Origin: an uncultured Chloroflexia bacterium | GTDB lineage: Bacteria; Chloroflexota; Limnocylindria; Limnocylindrales; CSP1-4 | NCBI GenBank assembly: GCA_963778645.1 | Contig: CAVZVH010000026.1 | Coordinates: 723,841 to 787,840 of the forward strand | DNA: 64,000 nucleotides | Direction of reading: 5' to 3' | Part shown: in pieces, positions 9,145 to 18,934 of the stretch | How positions within the stretch are numbered: position 1 is the first letter of the stretch | Layout: every line of letters starts with the position of its first letter | Notes under the pieces: model-generated | What the model was told of the DNA's origin: nothing | Seen by the model: the letters and a program-made list of their open reading frames with translations, nothing else | Databases searched by the model: none | Program-made: the position numbers and the translations under genes

Positions 9145-11259
9145 ATGGATCCCATCGCGCTCGTTGCGTCCGCCGTCTGGGCGACGATGGTGTCCATCCT
9201 CCTGTTCCTGTTGCCCGGTGCCGCGCTCGGGCCGGTCGTCCTGCCTGGCGCCTCGACGCCGCTCGCACGAGTGGGTCGCGCGGCCGGCGTCAGTCTACTG
9301 GCGACCCTGCTCCTGTGCACCATCCTGGCCCGCCTCGGCTGGCTCACGGTCCCGGCGATCATCGCCTCGCTGATCGGTCTGACGGTGCTCGGCCTGGCCT
9401 GGCGCAGGCCGCGCGTCGGACGACCGTCCGATCGATGGCGCCGCTGGTGGCTGGCGGGGTTCGCGGGGATCCTCCTGGCCGCTGCGCTCATCGTCGTGCC
9501 GTCGGCGGCCTCGGCGTGGCCGGACCTGCTGCCGAAGAGCTCGACCACCTGGTATTACGCCAACCTGGCCCAGTCGATGGCCCAGCTCGGCGCGATCCCG
9601 GACGCGCTGGCGGAGTGGGGGGCCTTCCGGCCATTCCAGACCGACTACCTGCCCGTGACCGCCCACACCGCCGCCACGATGCTGCTGTTGCCCGGTGACC
9701 TGCTGGCCGATCTCGAGGTCTACCGCCTCGCCACCCTCGTGCTCGGCCTGCTGTTCGCGACGCTCCTGTTCCGACGATGGGTGTCCGGCTGGGCGGCGGT
9801 GCTCGGCGCCATCCTCCTCCTGGGCACGGTCCGCCTTGACCAGAAGTTCGACGGGTACCGGCCGGAGACGCTCGCACTCGTCGTGGCGCTGTTCACGCTC
9901 TGGGTCGCGGACCGGGCGTTCGCCGAACGAAGTCGCCGCGCGTTCGGCGTGGCGCTCGTCGGGACCGCGCTCGTGTTCCTCAGTCACGCGGAGGTCTTCC
10001 TGATCCTGGCCCCCGCCCTCGTCGGCATCGCCCTCGCCAGGCTGGTCGTCGCCGATGGGCCGCGCCCGACCCGTCTCGGCCTGCGCCGTCGATGGCCTGC
10101 GCGGGCCTTTGCGGCTCCGGTGCTCGCGGTCGCGCTCGTCCTCGGCGGTGTCGCCCTGGGTGCAGCTGGCGGCTGGGCGCTGACCGGCGAGAGCCGGGTG
10201 CTCGGCTATGTCGTGGGGGATCCGGGCGCCGTCACGGATCCCAACGCCTCGCGCGGCCGACCGGGCGAGGTCCCGGCCGGCTGGACATTCACGGACGACG
10301 CGACGTGGGACTTCTACATCGCCTCGGTGGCGCCGGGGTTGAACGGCGCACAACCACCGGATGCCTTCACGGACACGCTCATGCTGCCCCGGTCCATCCT
10401 CCTCATCTGGCCGGGCCTCGACGGACGATTCCGATCCGGCCTGGTCGTGCTCGTGGCCCTGTTGATCGCCCCGCTGCTGGCCTGGCCGTTCCTGGACACG
10501 CGTCGGCGGCGGTTCGTGCTCGGGTGGGGGATCTTCGGGGTCGGCCTGATCGTCGGGTCGCTGCTGCTCTACGCCATCGCTGACACGTACGTGCCGCAGC
10601 GCACACCCGGGCGGCGGCTGATGCCCTATCTGCTGCTGCTGCCGGTCGTGGCGATGACCGCGGCGCTCTGGGTGACGGGCCGCCTGCTGGCACCCGCGTG
10701 GCGTGCGCTTCTGCCGGGGCGCGGGCGGGCCCTGGCGGCCGGACTCGCCCTGGCCCTCCTCACGGCCGGCGCCGTGTCCGCGTCACCCCTCGCGGTCGCT
10801 GGGGCCGACGATGGCGACGCCGCACTCAGCCAGACCGGCTACGACGCGTACCGATGGATCGATGCGAACCTGCCCGCCGATGCGCGGCTCCTGACCAACG
10901 CCTACACGGATGGGGCGGTCGCGGCGGTCGCCCATCGGGTCGGGATCGTGGATGGGCGGGCCGTGTACCTGGAGAACGCGGCCTTCCTCGCCGAGTCGAC
11001 GGCGCTCTGTCTCGGCGCGCGCGTCGTGTTCGGGACGCCGGCCGCGCCGGGCGCCACGACGTACCTCGATCGCGAGCGCGTGACGCACCTGCTCGTGGCG
11101 ACGAACGGGCCCAACGGGACGGATCTGGGCGGGTACCTGCTGTTCGAGACCGACGTCGACGCACTGCGGGCCGACCCGCGCCTTCGACTGGTCCGCTCGT
11201 TCGACGATGGCCGGCTGCTGCTGTTCGAGATCGCCGGCCGGACCGCATCGGCTGGCTAG
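9145..11259 (+). CDS. Large GT-C (ArnT/PMT-like) integral membrane glycosyltransferase-like protein with C-terminal soluble domain
   Basis: Intact 704-aa ORF with about 12 hydrophobic segments, then a ~170-aa C-terminal domain (YDAYRWIDANLPADARLLTNAYTDG...RLLLFEIAG). It is divergent from 9114 with only ~30 bp between the starts. Confidence 0.7.
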   Translation: MDPIALVASAVWATMVSILLFLLPGAALGPVVLPGASTPLARVGRAAGVSLLATLLLCTILARLGWLTVPAIIASLIGLTVLGLAWRRPRVGRPSDRWRRWWLAGFAGILLAAALIVVPSAASAWPDLLPKSSTTWYYANLAQSMAQLGAIPDALAEWGAFRPFQTDYLPVTAHTAATMLLLPGDLLADLEVYRLATLVLGLLFATLLFRRWVSGWAAVLGAILLLGTVRLDQKFDGYRPETLALVVALFTLWVADRAFAERSRRAFGVALVGTALVFLSHAEVFLILAPALVGIALARLVVADGPRPTRLGLRRRWPARAFAAPVLAVALVLGGVALGAAGGWALTGESRVLGYVVGDPGAVTDPNASRGRPGEVPAGWTFTDDATWDFYIASVAPGLNGAQPPDAFTDTLMLPRSILLIWPGLDGRFRSGLVVLVALLIAPLLAWPFLDTRRRRFVLGWGIFGVGLIVGSLLLYAIADTYVPQRTPGRRLMPYLLLLPVVAMTAALWVTGRLLAPAWRALLPGRGRALAAGLALALLTAGAVSASPLAVAGADDGDAALSQTGYDAYRWIDANLPADARLLTNAYTDGAVAAVAHRVGIVDGRAVYLENAAFLAESTALCLGARVVFGTPAAPGATTYLDRERVTHLLVATNGPNGTDLGGYLLFETDVDALRADPRLRLVRSFDDGRLLLFEIAGRTASAG

Positions 11260-11269
11260 ACTGTCGTCG

Positions 11270-12808
11270 ATGACCGAGCCCGAAGCCGCGACGCTGGAGC
11301 CGCGCCCGCTGGGAGGCATCCCCGACTTCTACGGCGCGATCTGGGCCGGAGCTCGCGTGGCCGCCGCTCGTTGGCGGGTGGCGCTCATCGTCGAGGTCGC
11401 GATGGTCGTCGCGTGGTTCATCGTCCGCTCGACCGCCAGCATCGACGGCCGAACCTACGCGTTGTGGGTCATCGCGGCCGGTGCCCTGGCGCTCGTGGCG
11501 CCGCTGTCCGGACTCGTCGTCTTCGTCGCCACCTCGGTCGCTTTCGAGCCTGACACGGTCGCCCGGACGCTGTCGTCGCGCGAGCTCGTCCTGCTGCCGC
11601 TGACCGTGGGCGTGTTGCTGCGGGTCGGCGCCGACCGGTTCCGCTGGCGGCCCGTGCCCGCCGATCTGGCTCGCGCTGGCGCATCCTGCTCGGGACGGCC
11701 CTGGGGCTCGCGAACACGTTCGCGCGGTTCGACAGACGACTTCGCCTGGCGTGCGGCCCAGTCCTGGTACGGCAACATGGCGGCGCCCGTGATCGTGCTC
11801 GTCGCGGCGGCGTGGACGGCCCGGGGCGGCTCGACGCGGGTCATCGTCGCGGCCGCATCGTCGCGGTCGTCAGCGCGATCGTGTGTCTTGCTCGAGTACG
11901 CGTCGCCGGGCCTGATCTCGCGGGAGCCGGTTCGAGTGGGTCGGGTTCTGGAAGGACTTCGGGGTGCGGCTGTCGGGCACGATCCCGTCGCCGAACGCCC
12001 TGTCCGCCCAGCTCGATCGTGCCGACCGCGGTGCTGCTGGCGGCCGTGCTCCTGGCACCGGACCTGCGGCTCAAGGTGCTGGCCGCGTTGGCGCGTCATC
12101 CCGCTGCTCGTCGCCCATTACCTGACGTTCAGCCGGTCGCCGTTGCTCGCGTGCTACGCGTTCGCCGTCATCGTCGCCTGGCGCGTTCGCCGCGCGGTCG
12201 GCATCGCCGTGCTCGTCGGCGGCCTGATCCTCGGGGCGGTCCTGCTGCCCGCGTACCTGCGAACTGCGGAGCGCGACGACCCCGAGGGCGCAGGTCATCC
12301 CGGGCATCGATCCTGGTCGCCACCGACCAGTATCGGATCCAGGCCTGGGGCGCCGCGATCGAGATGTGGGCGCGACGAACCGCTGATCGGCCAGGGCTAT
12401 CTCGCGTACAAGGAACTCGGGCCGCGCTTCGGCGATCCAGTTCTGGGCTCGCCCCACAACGAGTGGCTTCGGTTCTTCGCCGAGGAGGGGACGATCGTCG
12501 GCCTGGTGGGCTCGCGTTCGTCGTCGCGACCGCGTGGTCGCTCGCGACGCGTCCCGGGCTGGCTCGGGACCGGCGATCCTCGCCGGATTCCTCGGCTACG
12601 TCATCGCGGCGTCGTTCAACAACCCGTTGCTGTTCGTCCGGGTCAGCGCCGTGGCGTTCTCGATCATCGGGGTCGGGCTGGCACTGGCCGAGCGGGCCCG
12701 TGCGCCGGCCCCGGCGACGGAGCGGTCGAGGCGATCGATGCGTCGCCATCGACCGACGAGTCGTCCGCGCCAGATGCACCGGAGACCGCCGAGCCGAGCC
12801 CAGCCTGA
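11270..12808 (+). pseudogene. O-antigen ligase / Wzy_C-family membrane protein, heavily frameshifted
   Basis: Protein-like pieces alternate among all three plus frames. They are MTEPEAATLE...RFRWRPVP, ILLGTALGLANTFARFD, DDFAWRAAQSWYGNMAAPVIVLVAAAW, WVGFWKDFGVRLSGTIPSPNALSAQL, IPLLVAHYLTFSRSPLLACYAF, SILVATDQYRIQAWGAAIEMW, PLIGQGYLAYKELGPRFGDPVLGSPHNEWLRFFAEEG and PAILAGFLGYVIAASFNNPLLF. Confidence 0.7.
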
Positions 12809-12867
12809 CACCGGGAGCGAGTCGACGCCGCGGGTCGCGTCGTCTCGCGGCGCTACACTTCCCCGGC

Positions 12868-13920
12868 ATGCCGATCAGTCTCCTGCGCATCGCCGGTCTG
12901 GTCCTCGCGGTCGTCCTCGTGCTCGTCGCGATCGGTCGACTTCGGCGACGCGGTGCCGGGAGCCGGGTGCCCGCCAGCGGGCTGCTCGTCGTCGGTCTTG
13001 GCCTGCTCGGCGTCGCCCTCTTCCCGGACCTGGTCCGGCCGATCCAGGACATCCTGGGCCTGGAGGGTGAGCCGCTCGGTCGGCTCGTCACCGTCCTCGT
13101 CATCTCCACGGCGATCGCCTACCTGCTCGTCTTCTATGCGCTGAGTCGGGCCGATCGCGCGAACCAACGCGTCAGCCGCCTGGTCCGGGCCCTGTCGGCC
13201 GCACAATTGGAAGCGGCCCGTGGCGAACGCTGGGGCGGGGTGCTCGTGTGCATCCCGGCCTTCGATGAGGCGGACAGCCTCCCCGGCGTCCTGGCCGAGG
13301 TTCCCCCGGAGGTGGCCGGCCTGGCGACCCATGTGCTGGTCATCGACGATGGCTCGCGGGATCGAACGGCCGAGGTCGCCCGTGCCAAGGGCGCGCACGT
13401 CGTGAGCCATCCAGTGAACAGCGGCCAGGGGGCGGCGCTCCAGACGGGCTATCTCGTGGCCGAACGACTCGGTGTCGATGTCGTGGTGACCCTCGACGCC
13501 GACGGCCAGCACGACCCGGGCCAGATGACGCGGCTCGTCGAGCCGATCGTGGCCGACGAGGCGGACTTCGTGGTCGGCTCGAGGCGCATGGCCGAAGGCG
13601 AGAGCGAGGGCGCCTCGAAGGCGCGCGATGCCGGCATCACCGTTTACACCCGGCTCATCAACCTGATCGGCGGCACCGAGGTGAGCGACATCGCCAACGG
13701 ATATCGGGCGATCCGCGCCTCCCGCCTGGCGGACATCGCGTTCACCGAGGACCAGTTCCACAATCCGGAGTTGCTGCTCGGCGCGGCCCGTGCCGGCCTG
13801 CGGGTCGTGGACGTGCCCGTCACGATCCGGCGCCGGACCGCCGGATCGTCGAAGAAGGGGACGGACCTGCGCTACGGCCTCGGCTTCCTGCGGGTGATGC
13901 TCAAGACCTGGCTGCGCTGA
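12868..13920 (+). CDS. DUF2304-like membrane domain fused to GT2 polyprenyl-phosphate sugar synthase-like glycosyltransferase
   Basis: ATG at 12868 within ORF 11812..13920, 350 aa. The N-terminal ~115 aa has hydrophobic helices. It is followed by VLVCIPAFDEADSLPGVL...VLVIDDGSRDRT...VVVTLDADGQHDP...DIANGYRAI, a DPM1/GtrB-like GT2 core. Confidence 0.8.
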   Translation: MPISLLRIAGLVLAVVLVLVAIGRLRRRGAGSRVPASGLLVVGLGLLGVALFPDLVRPIQDILGLEGEPLGRLVTVLVISTAIAYLLVFYALSRADRANQRVSRLVRALSAAQLEAARGERWGGVLVCIPAFDEADSLPGVLAEVPPEVAGLATHVLVIDDGSRDRTAEVARAKGAHVVSHPVNSGQGAALQTGYLVAERLGVDVVVTLDADGQHDPGQMTRLVEPIVADEADFVVGSRRMAEGESEGASKARDAGITVYTRLINLIGGTEVSDIANGYRAIRASRLADIAFTEDQFHNPELLLGAARAGLRVVDVPVTIRRRTAGSSKKGTDLRYGLGFLRVMLKTWLR

Positions 13921-14818
13921 GCGCGGTCTCCACGATATCGGCCAGGGTCCGGTCCATCGGGATCGCTGGCCGCCAGCCGACGGCACCTTCGATCGCCGAC
14001 GCGTCGCCGACGATGTCCGGGGCATCCGTCGAGCGGACGAGGTCCGGGTCGACCTCGATCGATGGTCGAACGCCGATCAGCTCGGACAGCCGGTCCAGCA
14101 CCTCCCCGATCGCGATGCTGTGGCCGGATGCGACGTTGAAGGTGGCACCGCCCGGTGCGATGGCGCCGGTCGCGAGGCCCTCGAGCAGGAGCCGATAGGC
14201 GACGACCACGTCCCTGACATCGGTGAGGTCGCGACGGACGTGCAAGTTGCCCACCCGGACGCGATCCGTCGTTCCCCTTCGGACCGCGATGAGCCGTTCG
14301 GTGAGGGCCGGGACCACGAAGTCCGATCGTTGGCCCGGGCCGATGTGGTTGAACGCGCGGGTGACCACGACCCGCAGGCCGTGCCGACTCGCGTAGGCCA
14401 GGGCGACGGCCTCCTGCGCCGCCTTCGACAACCCATAGGTCGTCGCCGGGGCGAGGGGCTGGGTCTCGCGCAGCGGCAGATCTTCCTGGCTCGGGAGGCC
14501 ATACACCTCGGACGAGCCCGTCACGAGGACGACCGGCGAGGGCTCCAGCCCGCGAACCGCCTCCATGAGCGCGATCGTTCCGGCGACATTGACCTCGAAC
14601 GCCTCGGCGGGACGAGCGCGAGCGTCCGGCCCGAACGAGACGGCCGCGAGATGCGCGATGGCATCCGGCCGCACCGAACCGAGCCAGGCGCGGAGATCGT
14701 CGCCGCGGCGAATGTCCAGGCCGTGCTCGAGAGCGACCGACTCGTGCTCCGCCGAACCGAGGTCGGCGGTCAGCCATCGACCGACGAAGCCATGGGCCCC
14801 CGTGACGGCGACGCGCAA
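13901..14818 (-). CDS. rmd: GDP-4-dehydro-6-deoxy-D-mannose reductase (GDP-D-rhamnose forming), SDR family
   Basis: 305 aa. Motifs are MRVAVTGAHGFVGRWL, TTYGLSKAAQE (YxxxK) and RVGNLHVRRDLTDVRDVV. It lies immediately downstream of gmd on the same strand. Confidence 0.75.
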   Translation of the reverse strand: MRVAVTGAHGFVGRWLTADLGSAEHESVALEHGLDIRRGDDLRAWLGSVRPDAIAHLAAVSFGPDARARPAEAFEVNVAGTIALMEAVRGLEPSPVVLVTGSSEVYGLPSQEDLPLRETQPLAPATTYGLSKAAQEAVALAYASRHGLRVVVTRAFNHIGPGQRSDFVVPALTERLIAVRRGTTDRVRVGNLHVRRDLTDVRDVVVAYRLLLEGLATGAIAPGGATFNVASGHSIAIGEVLDRLSELIGVRPSIEVDPDLVRSTDAPDIVGDASAIEGAVGWRPAIPMDRTLADIVETALSAARS

Positions 14819-14834
14819 CGTTGGCCCGACGCCT

Positions 14835-15875
<1,041 letters not shown>

Positions 15876-16026
15876 TCAAGCCCAAGGACTCGACGGTCCC
15901 GCGACTGGACAGGCATGGCATCGTTGGTCGCGACCGTCGGCGGGTCACCCGACCGACGCCGCGTCGAGGGAGGCCGCGGATCCATGGACGACACCGCGAT
16001 GCGCGGGGCACGACCCGGAGGCGATC

Positions 16027-16764
16027 GTGGACGCTGACGAACTGGCTCGGCGGGCCCGGGACATCAACTGGTATCACACGATGGATCTGGGCCAGGGCGT
16101 CACGTCCAAGGGGTTCTATGAGCCCGCGAAGTTCGTGAATCGATTCCACCTGCCCGATCGCCTCGATGGCAAAGCGGTCCTGGACATCGGCGCGTGGGAT
16201 GGCTTCTACTCGTTCGAGGCGGAACGTCGAGGGGCGAGCCGCGTCCTCGCGGCTGACCATTACCAGTGGGATGGCTCCGGGTGGGGATCGAAGGCCGGTT
16301 TCGAACTCGCCCGCGAGGCCTATGGATCCAAGGTCGAGGACCTCCTGATCGACGTCATGGACCTGTCCAGCGAACGGGTCGGGACGTTCGATGTCGTGTT
16401 CTTCTTCGGCGTCCTCTACCACCTGAAGCATCCGCTGTATGCGCTGGAGCGAGTCTTCGACGTGACGGGCGAGCAGCTCATCCTCGAGACCGAGATCGAC
16501 ATGACCTGGACGCGTCGTCCGGCCGCGGCGTTCTACCCGGGCCGCGAGTTGGCCAAGACGGACTCCAATTGGTGGGGCCCGAACATCACGGCAGTCGAGG
16601 GCATGCTCAAGACGGTCGGGTTCCGTGAGGTCCGGCTCGTCTTCACCCGTGGGTTCGCGGTTCGCCTGGCTCGAGGCGCCCGGTCCAAGTTCATCCGGCG
16701 CGAGAAGGTCGCCCTGCGACACTTGGTCCAGCGCGACCGCGCCGTCTTCCACGCATTCCGGTAG
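16027..16764 (+). CDS. Class I SAM-dependent methyltransferase
   Basis: In frame with ORF 15802..16764. The first plausible start that does not overlap gmd is GTG 16027, so the start is uncertain. Motifs are DINWYHTMDLGQGVTSKG, VLDIGAWDGFYSFEAERRGA and FDVVFFFGVLYHLKHP. Confidence 0.75.
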   Translation: MDADELARRARDINWYHTMDLGQGVTSKGFYEPAKFVNRFHLPDRLDGKAVLDIGAWDGFYSFEAERRGASRVLAADHYQWDGSGWGSKAGFELAREAYGSKVEDLLIDVMDLSSERVGTFDVVFFFGVLYHLKHPLYALERVFDVTGEQLILETEIDMTWTRRPAAAFYPGRELAKTDSNWWGPNITAVEGMLKTVGFREVRLVFTRGFAVRLARGARSKFIRREKVALRHLVQRDRAVFHAFR

Positions 16765-16782
16765 GACGCGGCCGGGACGGAT

Positions 16783-17907
16783 CTACTCGGCGGCGTACAG
16801 CGCCGGGTCGACGCCGCACCGCTTGAAGAGCTGGCGCCACCGGTCCAGGAAGACGAGCCGGTCGAATTCCTCGGCGCGCCTCCGGATCGTCGATCGATCG
16901 AGGTCGAGCCCGCCGAGGCGCTCGACGGCGTCGATGAGCGAGTCCACGACCGGCTCGTCGAAGAACGCGCCCGTAACGCCGTCCACGACCGTCTCTCGAA
17001 CCCCGCCCGCCCGGAGCGCGACCACCGGCTTGCCGGCGGCCATCGCCTCGACCGGGGCGATCCCGAAATCCTCCTCGCCCGGGACGAGGTAGGCGTGGCA
17101 CCTGGCGAACAGGTCCAGGAGCGTCGCTCGATCCACCTGGCCGAGGAAGCGCACCGACGGCCCGGCCGTCGCCTGGAGGCGATCGCGCACCGGCCCCTCA
17201 CCGACCACGATGAGCTCTCGACCGAGCCGGGTCGCCGCGGCCACTGCCAGGTCGACCCGCCGATATGCGAGCAGGCGCGCCGCGACCAGGAGGTACCCGT
17301 CGTCGCGATCGGAAACCGGGATCTCGGCCGTGTCGACCGGTGGGTAGATCACGGCATCGGCCTCTCGGCCCCATGCCGTCCGGATCCGATCGCGGACGGT
17401 CTCTGAGATGGCGACGACCACGCCTGCGCGCCTGGCGGTCAGCACGTCCCAGCGACGGAGGAGCGGGCGGATGGTCCTCGCCGCGATCCGGCTCGGGAGG
17501 GTCAGGCTCGAGCCGGCGAGGTACGTCTCGAGGTCCCACGCATAGCGCATCGGGGTATAGACGTAGCTGACGTGGACGGCATCGCGACGCGTCCGTACGG
17601 CTTTGCAGAAGGCGACGGAGCTCGAGAGGACGAGGTCGTGATCCCTCAGGTCGCGGGTCATGAACCAGACCGGATAGAGCGGGAGGAGCGCCCGGAAGTG
17701 ACGGGTCGGCCCGAGTAGTCGCTGCATGGGCCACGTCCGCACCCGGCCAGGGTCGATGCGGTCGGCGAAACGCTCGCGGTCGAAGAAGGTGGTCTCGATG
17801 GTGGCGTCGGGCAGGAGTCGGGCGAACTCGATCGCGCATCGCTCGGCGCCGCCGTCCTGGATGAAGAAGTCGTGGGCGATGGTTGGCCGGACCCCCCGCA
17901 GGGTCAA
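16783..17907 (-). CDS. GT4-family glycosyltransferase
   Basis: C-terminal 374 codons of ORF 16783..18630. The putative TTG start overlaps the upstream stop as TTGA. Motifs are IAHDFFIQDGGAERC and EDFGIAPVEAMAAGKPVVALRAGGVRETV (the EX7E region). Confidence 0.8.
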   Translation of the reverse strand: MTLRGVRPTIAHDFFIQDGGAERCAIEFARLLPDATIETTFFDRERFADRIDPGRVRTWPMQRLLGPTRHFRALLPLYPVWFMTRDLRDHDLVLSSSVAFCKAVRTRRDAVHVSYVYTPMRYAWDLETYLAGSSLTLPSRIAARTIRPLLRRWDVLTARRAGVVVAISETVRDRIRTAWGREADAVIYPPVDTAEIPVSDRDDGYLLVAARLLAYRRVDLAVAAATRLGRELIVVGEGPVRDRLQATAGPSVRFLGQVDRATLLDLFARCHAYLVPGEEDFGIAPVEAMAAGKPVVALRAGGVRETVVDGVTGAFFDEPVVDSLIDAVERLGGLDLDRSTIRRRAEEFDRLVFLDRWRQLFKRCGVDPALYAAE

Positions 17908-18800
17908 TGCAACTTGCTCGGGCTGTCTCCTGGTCCGGTGGCGTATCCGAGGAGCTGGCCCGCGCCCGTGCAGTACTCGAGCCACACGATCCAGGGGATC
18001 GCGGCGATGAGGGAGCGCCGGGGCATCCGCTTGCGCGACGCCATCGACACCATCCGAGCCGATCGATAGAGCGGGAGCACGCCCGCGGTGGCGACCCTGG
18101 CCCAGTCGCGCCGGTCCATGAACTGCCGCCGGAACCCCCCGAGCGTCCGGCCGTTGTGGAACTCGACGGACGACGTGCCGACGAACCCCATCGACTGGTA
18201 GTGGGTGACGACAAGGGAGTCGTCCTGCAGCAGGATCTCTCCGTCCGACGCGACTTCTGCAACGTCGAAGAGCTCGATCGTGCCGAACCCATCGTGCGAG
18301 GGCAGTCGTTCGACAGCTCGCCGTTTCATCGACACGTTCGCCGCGCCGGTCGTGCGCGGGACCGCTCCGCTGGGCAGGGGTGCGAGGGCAGGGGCCTGCG
18401 TCACGATGAAGGCGGCCCAGTCCATCAGGCTGCCCACGGTGCCGTTCTCCAGGGCGCCACCGATGGCCGCAGCTTCCGGATGCTCGGCGTGGGCATCCAG
18501 GATCCGACGACACCATCCCGGCATGACCAGGCAATGGTCCTCGGTGGATGCGACGATCTCGCCGCGCGACTCCTTGTACGCGATCTCCCGGAGCTGGAAG
18601 ACGGTCATCGATGTCGGCTGGGGGAGCCACCGGACCGATGGCCCTAGATCGGGGGCGACCTGTCCACTCGAATCGACGACGATCAGCTCGCCCCCGACGT
18701 CGCGGACCTGACCGAGGACCGCCTCGATCTGTGGCGCGATGGTCGGCCAGCCGTCGCGGGTGGCGACCAGTACGGACAGGGGGATCGAGCCATCGGGCAC
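17904..18800 (-). CDS. GT2-like glycosyltransferase
   Basis: 298-aa ORF beginning LSVLVATRDGWPTIAPQIEAVLGQ...ELIVVDSSG, a GT-A N-terminal pattern. It heads a two-gene unit with 16783..17907. Confidence 0.65.
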   Translation of the reverse strand: MPDGSIPLSVLVATRDGWPTIAPQIEAVLGQVRDVGGELIVVDSSGQVAPDLGPSVRWLPQPTSMTVFQLREIAYKESRGEIVASTEDHCLVMPGWCRRILDAHAEHPEAAAIGGALENGTVGSLMDWAAFIVTQAPALAPLPSGAVPRTTGAANVSMKRRAVERLPSHDGFGTIELFDVAEVASDGEILLQDDSLVVTHYQSMGFVGTSSVEFHNGRTLGGFRRQFMDRRDWARVATAGVLPLYRSARMVSMASRKRMPRRSLIAAIPWIVWLEYCTGAGQLLGYATGPGDSPSKLH

Positions 18801-18934
18801 AGGCAGACTCCGCTGATCGTGATCGTGGGTCTCGCGGATAGGCGCTACGCCGATACCATACGTGACGTCCGGTCGCCGTGCGGGTCGCTAGCTCGCATCT
18901 CGTCCGTCCTGACCCGGAGGTGAAGGTGGCGGCG

